Assembly: GCA_041665505.1 (NCBI GenBank)
Contig: JBAYIR010000003.1
Location: forward strand, 45,363-109,362
Reading direction: 5' to 3'
From: Patescibacteria group bacterium
GTDB taxonomy: Bacteria > Patescibacteriota > Patescibacteriia > UBA1558 > GWA2-36-10
DNA: 64,000 bases
The notes beneath the pieces were generated by a model. The model searched no databases, was not told where the DNA came from, and saw nothing but the letters and a program-made list of their open reading frames with translations. Within the stretch, counting starts at the first letter, position 1. Every line of letters begins with the position of its first letter. Both the position numbers and the translations under genes were made by a program. This document shows, piece after piece, positions 41,281 through 51,500 of the stretch.

Positions 41281-41700
41281 TTATTTGTTATTAACCAATA
41301 AAGATAGTTTTTTTAAGATTAATATAAAATCTCGACGTTCTTTGGCTGATAAAAGAGACAACCTCTTATGTAAATGTTTTTTTGATTTCGCAAAACCTGC
41401 CTGTAATTCCTTTTTACCTTTATTACTAATACCCAAACGAACTATTCGTTTATCATCAGCATCATAAACACGCTTAACTAGCCCTAATTTTATTAGGTTG
41501 TTTACCAAGAAGGTAGCAGATGGTGGAGTGATATTTAGATACTCAGCGACATTTTTCATTATTGGATTTTTTTGATGTAAAATAAAAGACAAGGCTTGTA
41601 ATTGAATATAAGATGGGGAACCCTTTTCATGTTCCATACCTTCTTTGGTTAATCTATTCATTGTAAATACCAAGTCAATTAGTTCGTCTATGTCGGGCAT
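41281..41700 (-). CDS. MarR family regulator
   Basis: wHTH; LIKLGLVKR...DKR. Confidence 0.9.
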   Translation of the reverse strand: MPDIDELIDLVFTMNRLTKEGMEHEKGSPSYIQLQALSFILHQKNPIMKNVAEYLNITPPSATFLVNNLIKLGLVKRVYDADDKRIVRLGISNKGKKELQAGFAKSKKHLHKRLSLLSAKERRDFILILKKLSLLVNNK

Positions 41701-41870
41701 GTTTATTAAATAATAATTGTTAGATAATCTAAGTATATATTATTATATTTATAATATCAAGTATATTGATAACTTTATTGATTTTTTAAAGTTTGTGTAT
41801 TGTTAGTATAATATTAATAGTAAGAGCACTAATATTAGCCACGTAGGTGGTTAAAAACATTAACATCTTA

Positions 41871-41964
41871 GAGCTAGCACGAGGATGTTCGAATCCCTTT
41901 GTGTCCGCCACTTCGTGCTAGCACGAGGGACTTAAAAAACAACTTCTTGAAGAAGGTGTTTTTT
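41871..41964 (+). repeat. att-like module copy 2: half-site, degenerate tRNA-Ser 3' end, palindrome, terminator
   Basis: GAGCTAGCACGAGGAT (identical to 39281-39296), GTTCGAATCCCTTTGTGTCCGCCA, TCGTGCTAGCACGA, AAAAAACAACTTC...GAAGGTGTTTTTT. Confidence 0.85.
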
Positions 41965-42032
41965 GTTTTAACTTAGCTTGATTTTAGTAGTTTGTAGGTG
42001 TAAAGTGTAAATATTATTAACTCTTATGTAAT

Positions 42033-42818
42033 ATGATAGAGTTGTTATATAAATGGCAAACATTAATTGGGTCTTTTTTGGGTCCTTTTTTGGCAGTAGC
42101 ATTTTCAGTTATTGGTTATTTCTTTATAGAGTCTCGGAAGAGAAAAGAATCCATGAGGATAATTGAAGTTTCTTTAACACAAACTCTAAATGATTTGTTT
42201 GTAGCCAGAAAGACAGCAGAACAATTTTTAAAAAGAGTGGAGATAATAATGGAGGAAATACAAACTGATATGGATAAAGATAAATATGTTTTAACAGAAA
42301 CTAACTTACCGCCGATTAATATTTATTTAGATGAAGAATTACCAAAAATAAAAACTAAATCTTATTATGTACATAATAAACTTTTAATAATAACTGGGAC
42401 CTTAAAAAATATAAATACAAATTTGAAAGAATTAAAAAATAATTTTAGTAGTCTAGCTAAAAAAAATGAATTTTTAATTCATGTTGAAGCCACACATAAA
42501 GAACAAAAACAAACATATTTAGCAAATTTAAAAGATTTTTATCGTATTGTAGAAGAAGATTTAATTAAAAAAAATTTAAATAGAGGAACTGAAGTACTTG
42601 TACAAACAAAAATTTACAATCAAAAATTAATGAAAAGGTGGAGTTTTATTATAAAATGGAAATATGAAGGAGTGTCTTTTAAATATTTTAAAAATAATGG
42701 TGGTATATTAAAAGATAATAGACATATGAGCGCTCTTGACAGAATAGATGAAATGTTAAAACAAGAGGTTGAATGTCAAATAAAAGAAGCTGAAGACAGA
42801 CAAAAACAGTTCAATTAA
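42033..42818 (+). CDS. hypothetical protein, N-terminal TM plus helical domain
   Basis: 261-aa AT-rich ORF. Confidence 0.7.
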   Translation: MIELLYKWQTLIGSFLGPFLAVAFSVIGYFFIESRKRKESMRIIEVSLTQTLNDLFVARKTAEQFLKRVEIIMEEIQTDMDKDKYVLTETNLPPINIYLDEELPKIKTKSYYVHNKLLIITGTLKNINTNLKELKNNFSSLAKKNEFLIHVEATHKEQKQTYLANLKDFYRIVEEDLIKKNLNRGTEVLVQTKIYNQKLMKRWSFIIKWKYEGVSFKYFKNNGGILKDNRHMSALDRIDEMLKQEVECQIKEAEDRQKQFN

Positions 42819-42825
42819 TATAATT

Positions 42826-43827
42826 ATGTCTATAAAAACTGCAACACATCATTATGTGCCCAGGTGTTACCTAGAGAATTTTTTATGTGAAAAATCTAAT
42901 AATCAAATTTACGGGTATAAAAAGAGTGGTGAAATAATTAAATCAAATATAAAAAATATAGCTGCAAAGAATAATTTATATACATTTACTGATAAAACAA
43001 CAGGTAAAAAAACTAATATTGTTGAGAAAATGTTTGGAATAATAGAGTCAGCAGCCTGTCCGGTTATAAAAAATGTTATAGTTAATAAAGATATAAATTT
43101 AACAGATGCAGATAGAGGTGCTATAGCACAGTTTACAGCTTTTTTAGTAACTAGAAATTTATATTATGATACTCAGCAGAAGCACATGACTGCTGAACTT
43201 ATTAAACAAATGTCGATTGAAAGAGCCAAACATAAAGAATCTTTCAAGCATAGTTTTAAAGATGCTGGAATTACATTTGACAGCGATAAAGAATTTGAAG
43301 ATTTAAGAGATGCAGTATTAGATTTTGACAATCATTTTAAAGTTGATATAAGTGGGGGCGAGGGACATTTTATGAAAGTGGCAACTGACATAGCCATGGA
43401 ATTAACCAATATATTATATTTTAAAGAGTGGCACTTACTTATTAACGATGGTTCTCGTGTTTTTATCACCTCGGATAATCCTGTTACTCTCTGGGGTTTG
43501 AAAAGTACACCTAAGCAATTTAGATTGGGGTTTGCATTTGCATCTATTCTTTTAACTCTATCACCAGATGTATTACTTTTAATGCGTGATAGATTACTTA
43601 GTAAAACAATAATTAAATTAAATAGGGAAAAAATAGATTATGTAAATAAATCAATTATGAAAGGATCTGATAAATTTATTTATTCAAATTTAAAGTCTAA
43701 AGATTTATATAATAAATATTCGGAGTTATCTCAACACTCAAATCAAGTAAAAGTTCATAATATAAAATGGGCACCATATATTATTACACAGCAACCTGAA
43801 GCAGATATTGAGCCATCATTAGTCTAA
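42826..43827 (+). CDS. DUF4238 domain protein
   Basis: HHYVPRCYL..F, NLY, FITSDNPV. Confidence 0.85.
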   Translation: MSIKTATHHYVPRCYLENFLCEKSNNQIYGYKKSGEIIKSNIKNIAAKNNLYTFTDKTTGKKTNIVEKMFGIIESAACPVIKNVIVNKDINLTDADRGAIAQFTAFLVTRNLYYDTQQKHMTAELIKQMSIERAKHKESFKHSFKDAGITFDSDKEFEDLRDAVLDFDNHFKVDISGGEGHFMKVATDIAMELTNILYFKEWHLLINDGSRVFITSDNPVTLWGLKSTPKQFRLGFAFASILLTLSPDVLLLMRDRLLSKTIIKLNREKIDYVNKSIMKGSDKFIYSNLKSKDLYNKYSELSQHSNQVKVHNIKWAPYIITQQPEADIEPSLV

Positions 43828-43864
43828 AATAAAAAAAACAGTTCTTGCAGACTGTTTTTTTATT
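43828..43864. terminator. bidirectional terminator
   Basis: AAAAAAACAGT...ACTGTTTTTTT between convergent genes. Confidence 0.7.
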
Positions 43865-43892
43865 AAAATTTAAATTATATAGGTGCCTTTCT

Positions 43893-44615
43893 CTATAGTT
43901 TCTTTTGTATATGTCTTTCTATTATCTTATTTACATATTTATTTTTTAACCTGAAAGCCCTAATTTCAGCTGGTTGATTACTAAATGGTTGAACTGTTTT
44001 TGATTTATTACAATTTGGATCTTTAAATTTACCATTATGCTTGGGGCAGATAGTTAAATATTCATGCTGACCCTGATGTATATCGTGAGCCCGGCCCTCT
44101 TTTATTTTGGAAATAATTAAATTATAATCAGGCCGAAGTTCATTTAAAACTTTATTATCCATTTCCCATAAAAAAACATATTTTATAGTATATTCTGACC
44201 TAGACTTACTTTTCAAGTGTATATAAAAAATAAACAATATCTTTTTATTTTTTTTATAAAGTTCTGATTCCGTAATATCATTACATAAAGCTTCTTTACT
44301 ATAATTTATTATATTAAGCGATAATGGCTCTTTCACTCTTAAGGTCTTGTTATCAGATAAATATTTAAGCGGACATGTTTTTATTTCTATCCCCAGATGA
44401 TTTATATCTGGTAAAGCAGAGCTGTTCATATTTATTCCAAAGAAACCTTTTTCTATTAAGTAGCCAACATTGCCTTTAGTTGTGACCCTTGATTCTTCAT
44501 CTGATGTTTTTATAGATTTATGAATCTGATTCAAAGTTTTGCCTTCTAGCCACTTTGCTTCTTTTAATAAGGCTTCTTCGTTTGGTATGTCTTCAATTTT
44601 TTTATAGTTTATCAT
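43893..44615 (-). CDS. MutH/Sau3AI family restriction endonuclease (single domain)
   Basis: KGNVGYLIE..FFG..NS...PD...GIEIK; RAF.LK..Y. Confidence 0.85.
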   Translation of the reverse strand: MINYKKIEDIPNEEALLKEAKWLEGKTLNQIHKSIKTSDEESRVTTKGNVGYLIEKGFFGINMNSSALPDINHLGIEIKTCPLKYLSDNKTLRVKEPLSLNIINYSKEALCNDITESELYKKNKKILFIFYIHLKSKSRSEYTIKYVFLWEMDNKVLNELRPDYNLIISKIKEGRAHDIHQGQHEYLTICPKHNGKFKDPNCNKSKTVQPFSNQPAEIRAFRLKNKYVNKIIERHIQKKL

Positions 44616-44707
44616 ATTTTGTTAATATATTTTATGTAAAATAATGAAATTTGATCAATTTTAATCTTTATGTTATAATAGCAATAAATATATAAGTCAG
44701 CAAACTT

Positions 44708-45982
44708 ATGCCAAATAATAAAAAGAAAAAAACAATTAAAGTTATAGACCTTTTTGCCGGTGTCGGAGGCTTTCGTGTTGGGTTAGATAGAGCAAGTAAT
44801 ACAAAATATGGCTCTTTTGAGACCATCTGGAGCAATCAATGGGAGCCAGCTACCAAGAAACAACATGCTTCCGAAGTATATGTAGCTCGTTTTGGTAATA
44901 AAAACCACTCTAATGAAGATATAGCTAAAGAAGTGCAAAAGAATAACGTACCTGACCACGATCTTTTGGTTGGTGGTTTTCCCTGCCAAGATTATTCTGT
45001 AGCTAGGACTCTTAGCCAATCTGCTGGCATTGAAGGAAAAAAAGGAGTGTTGTGGTGGGAAATATATAAGATATTAAAAAACAAAGGAGCTAAGGCACCA
45101 AAATATTTATTTCTTGAAAATGTTGATAGATTATTAAAATCACCAGCCAACCAAAGAGGAAGAGATTTCGCAATTATACTAGGTTGTCTGGCAGAGCTTG
45201 GTTATGCTGTTGAGTGGCGTGTTATAAATGCTGCTGAGTATGGTTTTGCTCAAAGAAGAAGACGAGTCTATATATTAGGCTTTAAAAAAGGAACTAAGCA
45301 CTATAAAAAAATTGAAACTTTGCATAAAGAAAATAAGATACTAGATATAATAGAAAAAACTGGAATATTTGCCAAAGCTTTCCCTATAGAAAAAAATGAT
45401 ACTCCCATACCAGACATTAAACTTGATAAAAATATCAAAAAAATATCTGATAATTTTAATAAAGAGAAAGCTGGCTCCCGTAGCCTATTCAATAATTCTG
45501 GCGTCATGTTTAATAATGAAATATTTACATTACAAGTAAAAGAAGATTACACTGGCCCAAAGAAAACCATAGGTGACATAATATTACCTCTCAATAAAAT
45601 ACCAAAAGAATTTTTCATAGATAAAAATAGTTTAAAGAAATGGAAATATTTAAAAGGTGCAAAAAAAGAGCCTAGAAAAGGAAAGGATGGTCATGAGTTT
45701 TTCTATACTGAAGGTGGTATGGTTTTCCCTGATGCACTTGATAAACCATCCAGGACTATTATAACTGGTGAGGGTGGAGCATCTCCATCTAGATTTAAAC
45801 ACGTAATTGAACAAGATGGACAACTAAGAAGACTAACTCCTCTAGAGTTAGAACGTTTATGTGGTTTTGATGACCACCATACAGAAGGAGCAGCTGATGT
45901 AAAAAGAGCCTTCTTTATGGGTAATGCTCTCGTGGTTGGTGTTATAGAAAAAATAGGTAGAGAACTAATTAAGCGTGTTTAA
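44708..45982 (+). CDS. dcm: DNA (cytosine-5)-methyltransferase, M.Sau3AI-like
   Basis: LFAGVGG, GGFPCQD, ENV, QRRRR, GNA; WSNQWEP and RTIITGEGG. Confidence 0.93.
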   Translation: MPNNKKKKTIKVIDLFAGVGGFRVGLDRASNTKYGSFETIWSNQWEPATKKQHASEVYVARFGNKNHSNEDIAKEVQKNNVPDHDLLVGGFPCQDYSVARTLSQSAGIEGKKGVLWWEIYKILKNKGAKAPKYLFLENVDRLLKSPANQRGRDFAIILGCLAELGYAVEWRVINAAEYGFAQRRRRVYILGFKKGTKHYKKIETLHKENKILDIIEKTGIFAKAFPIEKNDTPIPDIKLDKNIKKISDNFNKEKAGSRSLFNNSGVMFNNEIFTLQVKEDYTGPKKTIGDIILPLNKIPKEFFIDKNSLKKWKYLKGAKKEPRKGKDGHEFFYTEGGMVFPDALDKPSRTIITGEGGASPSRFKHVIEQDGQLRRLTPLELERLCGFDDHHTEGAADVKRAFFMGNALVVGVIEKIGRELIKRV

Positions 45983-46007
45983 TTTAATATAATCTTACTT
46001 TCAAAAT

Positions 46008-46038
46008 AAAAAGACCGAGAAATATTTACGGTCTTTTT
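46008..46038. terminator. bidirectional terminator
   Basis: AAAAAGACCG...CGGTCTTTTT. Confidence 0.75.
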
Positions 46039-46076
46039 GTTATTCAAGGAAATATTTTGTTTTTCAGGTATAATTA

Positions 46077-47387
46077 CTATACCAGCTTAATTTTTTTATT
46101 CATATAAATTAACTTGCTTTCTAGATTAGTTAGTAATTCTCTTTTTTCTAAAATTGAACCTTCTTTGAGTAAATATTTAGTATAATTTTTAATATCGATG
46201 TCGTCTACGTTAATGTCTTTAGTTTCTCCAGTTACCATACTTTGGAATTCTTTAAATCGTTTAATTTCATATTTTAATTTATTTTGTATAGGTAACTTTT
46301 TAATATCCAGCTTATCTACCAACTTTTGTAATTGTTTAATCAAATCTACTTCATTTATATACCCACACTTACAATGTTTATCTTTTGCTTTAGTACACCC
46401 ATAATAAATATGTTTGTTAGTATCTCCATTTTTTAATTTCTTGAATTTTTCAGTTGCAGATATACCAGAACCACAAAGTCCACATTTCATTATTTTAGTA
46501 AAAGCAAATTCAATATTTTCTTTTCTAACAAGTTGTGAATTTTTCATCTGATCTTGAACCATATCAAATAATTCTTTTGTTATTATCGGTTCATGCTTAC
46601 CTTGATACCAATTACCACTACCCCGTGGATATTCAAAAGGGCCATAGTAGAAAGTATTTTCAAGTAAGCGATAAATATTACCAAGACTCAAATGTTTTTT
46701 GCCCAAATGTGTTCTGAAGTTTAAATCAAATTTAAGCCAGTGATATATTTTTCTGCCCGACCATTTCTCATAAGCAACTTTTTCAAACATTTGTTTTATA
46801 ATATGGCCTCTATCTGGATCAACTAGACATTCTCCTTTGTGATCTATTCGTTTTTCTTTGAAATATCCAGTTGGCGGACAAGTTGGCCACAAACCCATTT
46901 CACATCTTGTCCTTAAACCACGTTTAACATTTATGCCTCTGTTATCATTTTCCAGTTTAGCTTGAGAACATAGAATCATTAATAAGAATTTTTCGTTTGG
47001 TGAATTACTAAACGTTTGTCCGTAGGTACGAATACCAAGAAGTTTTTTAGCATCCATCAGATCCACCAAAGACCCCAGATCTCCTGCGTTTCTAGATAGT
47101 CTATCTGGCGCCCAAGTTAAGATAGCATTAAATCTTTCTTCTGATATATCATGAATTAATTCTTTAAACACAGGACGATTACCAGAATCTTTAGCTGATT
47201 TGGATTCTCTTCTGATATCAATAATTTCAAGGTTTTCACGTTCTGCAATTTGAAGCATTTCTTTAACTTGAGAATCAATTGATAGAGCTTGTCGTTCATC
47301 TGATTCAGTACTTTTTCGGGCGTATAGGCAATACTTCAATTTAATGTCTGGGGTTAGCCCAAATTTGGTTTGTTGTGATATATTCAT
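46077..47387 (-). CDS. large serine recombinase
   Basis: YARKS catalytic Ser; DRLSRN; recombinase domain (HEPII); CxxC...YYGC Zn ribbon. Confidence 0.95.
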   Translation of the reverse strand: MNISQQTKFGLTPDIKLKYCLYARKSTESDERQALSIDSQVKEMLQIAERENLEIIDIRRESKSAKDSGNRPVFKELIHDISEERFNAILTWAPDRLSRNAGDLGSLVDLMDAKKLLGIRTYGQTFSNSPNEKFLLMILCSQAKLENDNRGINVKRGLRTRCEMGLWPTCPPTGYFKEKRIDHKGECLVDPDRGHIIKQMFEKVAYEKWSGRKIYHWLKFDLNFRTHLGKKHLSLGNIYRLLENTFYYGPFEYPRGSGNWYQGKHEPIITKELFDMVQDQMKNSQLVRKENIEFAFTKIMKCGLCGSGISATEKFKKLKNGDTNKHIYYGCTKAKDKHCKCGYINEVDLIKQLQKLVDKLDIKKLPIQNKLKYEIKRFKEFQSMVTGETKDINVDDIDIKNYTKYLLKEGSILEKRELLTNLESKLIYMNKKIKLV

Positions 47388-47407
47388 ACCCCATTAATGA
47401 CACATTT

Positions 47408-47466
47408 TATAGCTTTTGCTAAGCTTTTAGCTGTCGACAACTTGTTGGCAAGTTTCCTTAGCAAAA
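47408..47466. repeat. 59-bp palindromic direct repeat, copy A
   Basis: 52/59 identical to 52172-52230. Confidence 0.9.
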
Positions 47467-47524
47467 TCGTCAAAAAGCTTTATAATATGGACCTATATGT
47501 CATTTGCTAATATTAGCTATAAAT

Positions 47525-47553
47525 TTGACATTACATCAGTTTAGTAGTATAAA
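47525..47553 (+). promoter_or_regulatory. sigma70 promoter
   Basis: TTGACA-17-TATAAA. Confidence 0.6.
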
Positions 47554-47684
47554 TTTATTGCTTGTCAGAGTTGGTACTTTGACAAATTTCGCTTTAAAAC
47601 GTAGAGTGTTATTGATAAAGCTTATTTATTGGTCATTTATCAATAATTTGATATACTTTATTAGTAAATAATTAATTTAAAACA

Positions 47685-48320
47685 ATGAAAAAACAAGGAG
47701 TAATAATTGTAGTGTTTATAATCCTAATAGTATTAGGTGGTTTGGCTTATTGGCAATCTGGCCAAAAACCAGTGGTTAATAATGAAAATAATAATCAAAA
47801 TACTACTAATCAAAATACGAACATTGACAACTCAAATGGGCAAAACACAGAAGAAGTAGACATGGGTGATTGGCTTATTTATACGAATGATGAATACAGG
47901 TTTAGTTTTAGATATCCTAAGGATTGGACTATTTATAATCAAAGTGATAAATACGTATCTTTTAACTACAGCCAAACTTATCTTTCTACAGAGTTGACTC
48001 TTTTTGTATTTCAAAACCCAAATAAAGAGTCTATTCATGATTTCTACAATAATATAGATGAAAATAAAAAAATAGCAGGTAATGATAGCCTAATGTATAA
48101 TTGGTATGCATCAACTGAAGACTATGGATCTCAAAAAAATATTGTAGTTGATGGCATTGAAGCAGTTAATTTTGTATCTCCTATGGGTATAATGGAAAAT
48201 ACTACTGTTTCCATACCAAAAGATAGTTTAATAGTAGAAATCCAAATTAGAGGTGTTGAAGAAATTTTGAAGGATAGTGAATATGAGGCAATTTTGAATA
48301 GTTTTGAATTTACAAATTAA
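47685..48320 (+). CDS. PsbP-like membrane-anchored protein
   Basis: N-terminal TM, Asn-rich linker, W..YTN..Y.FSF.YP.DW, C-terminal ILNSFEF. Confidence 0.75.
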   Translation: MKKQGVIIVVFIILIVLGGLAYWQSGQKPVVNNENNNQNTTNQNTNIDNSNGQNTEEVDMGDWLIYTNDEYRFSFRYPKDWTIYNQSDKYVSFNYSQTYLSTELTLFVFQNPNKESIHDFYNNIDENKKIAGNDSLMYNWYASTEDYGSQKNIVVDGIEAVNFVSPMGIMENTTVSIPKDSLIVEIQIRGVEEILKDSEYEAILNSFEFTN

Positions 48321-48552
48321 ATAAAGTTTTATAAGAAAAGCGAAATTGAGAGTCACTTACAATGGTTAGTCTTTTTGTATCTAGAAAATAATAAATTATT
48401 ATAGTTTATTATTTTCTGGCTATAATAGTGTAGCCAGAAATAGTTCATTACAACTTAAAACAACAAAACGAGAGGAGTAAAAACAGATTAATTTACTAAT
48501 CCAATGCGGGATTAGTAGACCAGTCATAAAGAATTCTGAAAGAAGGTTCACC

Positions 48553-51500
48553 ATGAGAAAGAGTCTGCTCTTCGCAATGGCAATTGTGATGCTTATGGCA
48601 TCGTCAATTGCCTACGGACAAGGTCCAATCAGCGGGTTTTATTACCCTGCAGACGAGATGCTCAACAGTTGGCAATACTACAATAACCGAAGCTTTTATA
48701 TTTATAATGGTACTTATAACAACCATCTTGGAGCTGATATTGATCTAGCCGAAGGCACGGCCATAAAGGCCATAGCCAAAGGCAAGATAGTAGAGTACAG
48801 CTCACTATATGATGGCTATGGTGAATTGGTAGTAGCGATTGAGCATGAGTTGCCAGAGGATATCACTTTTTTGAATGCTGATGGCAATCCACAAACAACT
48901 AGATATATCCTGTCAATCTATGGCCACCTGCGCAAGAGCCAAGAAAGAGGTGGCACAGCATTGACTTGGTCTATCGGTCAGACCGTTCAGCAAGGGAGTG
49001 TTATTGGCTACATAAACAACAGTAGCCATCCAGATGGTGGTAGCCCAGACCCAAATGGTGATGGACTTGAGCATTTGCACCTAGGGATTCGCTTGTCGAA
49101 CGAAGCAACCGCTAAAGCTCAAGATGGTGGCTTTTGGCTACGCGGATATAATAGTGGATCGGGCATGCAAATTCACTTTGCAAATCCGATGCCCCTTATA
49201 GCCGGACTGGCGCAATTTGCCCAGTCACCTTCCTGGAGGACTGCCAATGGTGTATCATCAGCTTTTATGAACAGGTATAATGATTTCGCCACAAATGGTC
49301 ATCGCCTTGGCTTTCCCTGGCAAAACACTCAGTACGGTTCTACTTATGTCCACGAAGTCAACGGCATGTTGATCCAGGATTTCAAAGATCGCCGCGATGA
49401 TGAGGGGCCTAGTAATGGGTATTATCATCCTTATACAACCGTTATTTACTATAATGATCCTTGGATGAGTAGAGAACCTCATCTCGTCAAGGAGGGATTT
49501 TGGGATGAGTATATGACTCGTTTTGGCTGGCTCAAGTTTGGTGCACCAGTCACTGATGAGTATCCAAATAGTAGTGAAGTGTGGCAGAGTTTTAACCTTT
49601 TTGGTTCAAACTATGCCACCAATCCAAATGATTATGAGCGTTTTTATTTCACTTGGGATGAAGGTTCTCAAACTCTGGAGGTACTTGATAGTAATTATCA
49701 AGTAGTGCCTCGTGCCAATTTGACAGTAACCAACGGAGGAACAAACAAAGCCAACAAAGCGCTCACTGACGGTGTCTATCATTCTGGACTCAAGGTGTCA
49801 AACTTTGACCAGGCCTTTGAACTGATAGATGGAAATAATTATCAGAATTTCTATGCCTCCATTAATGGAGTGGAGATCCTCATGGATCCATTTGTCATGA
49901 ATGGTGATATGACTATAGTTGTTAGTGATGTGGATGTGCCAGTTGCCAACTTCAGTGCAACTCCAATGTCTGGAAATACCCCGCTTACCGTGCAGTTTAC
50001 CGACCTTTCAAGTGGTAACACCACTTCTTGGTTGTGGAACTTCGGTGATGGGGGTACTTCAACCAATCAGAACCCCAACCACACGTATACTACCCCTGGT
50101 AGTTATACTGTCAGCCTAACTGCTACCAATAGTGGTGGGAGTGACACGGTTGTTGGTGGCAGTCCAATTGTCGTTAACAACGTTGCTGCTCCTGTGGCAA
50201 ATTTCAGTGCAACTCCAATGTCTGGATATGCACCACTTACCGTTCAATTCACCGACCTTTCAAGTGGAGGTGCCACTTCTTGGTTGTGGGACTTTGGTGA
50301 CGGTAGTACGTCTACTAGCCAGAATCCTAGTCACACTTACAACATTGTGGGTAGCTACACAGTTTCTCTTACTGCCAGTAATAATGGCGGTAGTGATACT
50401 GTGCTTGGAGGTGCTCCTGTTATAGTAGGTAACCCACCAGCTCCAATAGCTGGTTATACTGTTTCGCCGACTTCTGGCGTTGTCCCTTTGACGGTGCAAT
50501 GTACAGATACATCGGTTGGGACAGTAACCTCGTGGTTGTGGGACTTCGGTGACGGTAGTACGTCTACTAGCCAGAACCCTAGTCACATTTACAACGTTGT
50601 GGGTGTCTACACTATCACCTTGACGGTGTCCAATGCCGGAGGCTGGGACTCTTTACAGTTTATTGACGGTATAACCACTACCAGTGTGTCTAATCTGGCA
50701 CCATGTGTTGTAAGTGACCTAAGCGTAGATAACGTCACAGTTATCTTCGTCTCTGGTAACTACGCCTACGTGGCAGATGGTAGTGCTGGTCTGAAGATCA
50801 TCGACGTTTCTGTTCCTGCAACGCCGACCATAGTTGGTTCGGCTAGTATGGATCACGTCATGGATGTGTTTGTTTCCGGGGACTACGCCTACGTGGCAGA
50901 TGGTAGTGATGGATTGAAGGTGGTCAACATCTCCAATCCGGCGACGCCAGTCATCGTTGGATCGGTAGTCACTGAAGGTGCTGAAGGCCTCTTCGTCTCT
51001 GGTAACTACGCCTACGTAGCTGATCTCTGGACACTAAAGGTCATCAACATCTCCAATCCTGCAACTCCGACAGTAGTTGGTTCGTTGAGCATGGATTGGG
51101 TTGTGGATGTGTTTGTTTCCGGTGACTACGCCTACGTGGCTGATAATGATGTAGGCTTGAAGGTGGTCAACATCTCCAATCCTGCGACGCCAGTCATCGT
51201 TGGATCGGTAGTCACGGACAGTGCTAGGGATGTCTGGATTTCTGGTGACTACGCCTACGTGGCTGATGGTAGTACTGGCTTGAAGGTGGTCAACATCTCC
51301 AATCCTGCGACGCCAGTCATCGTTGGTTCGGTAGTTACGAATGGAGCTATTGGCGTTTCTGTTTCCGGTGACTATGCCTATGTGGCAGACGTTAGCGCTG
51401 GCTTGAAGATCATTGATGTTTCTGATTCTACAACACCAACCATTGTTGGTGCGGTAGAGGCAGGTGGTTATATTAAAGACGTCTTCGTACTAGGAGACTA

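Noticed and set aside
50740-51500. Regularly spaced repeats as a CRISPR array
   Set aside because: In-frame LVIVD protein repeats with homologous, not unique, spacers
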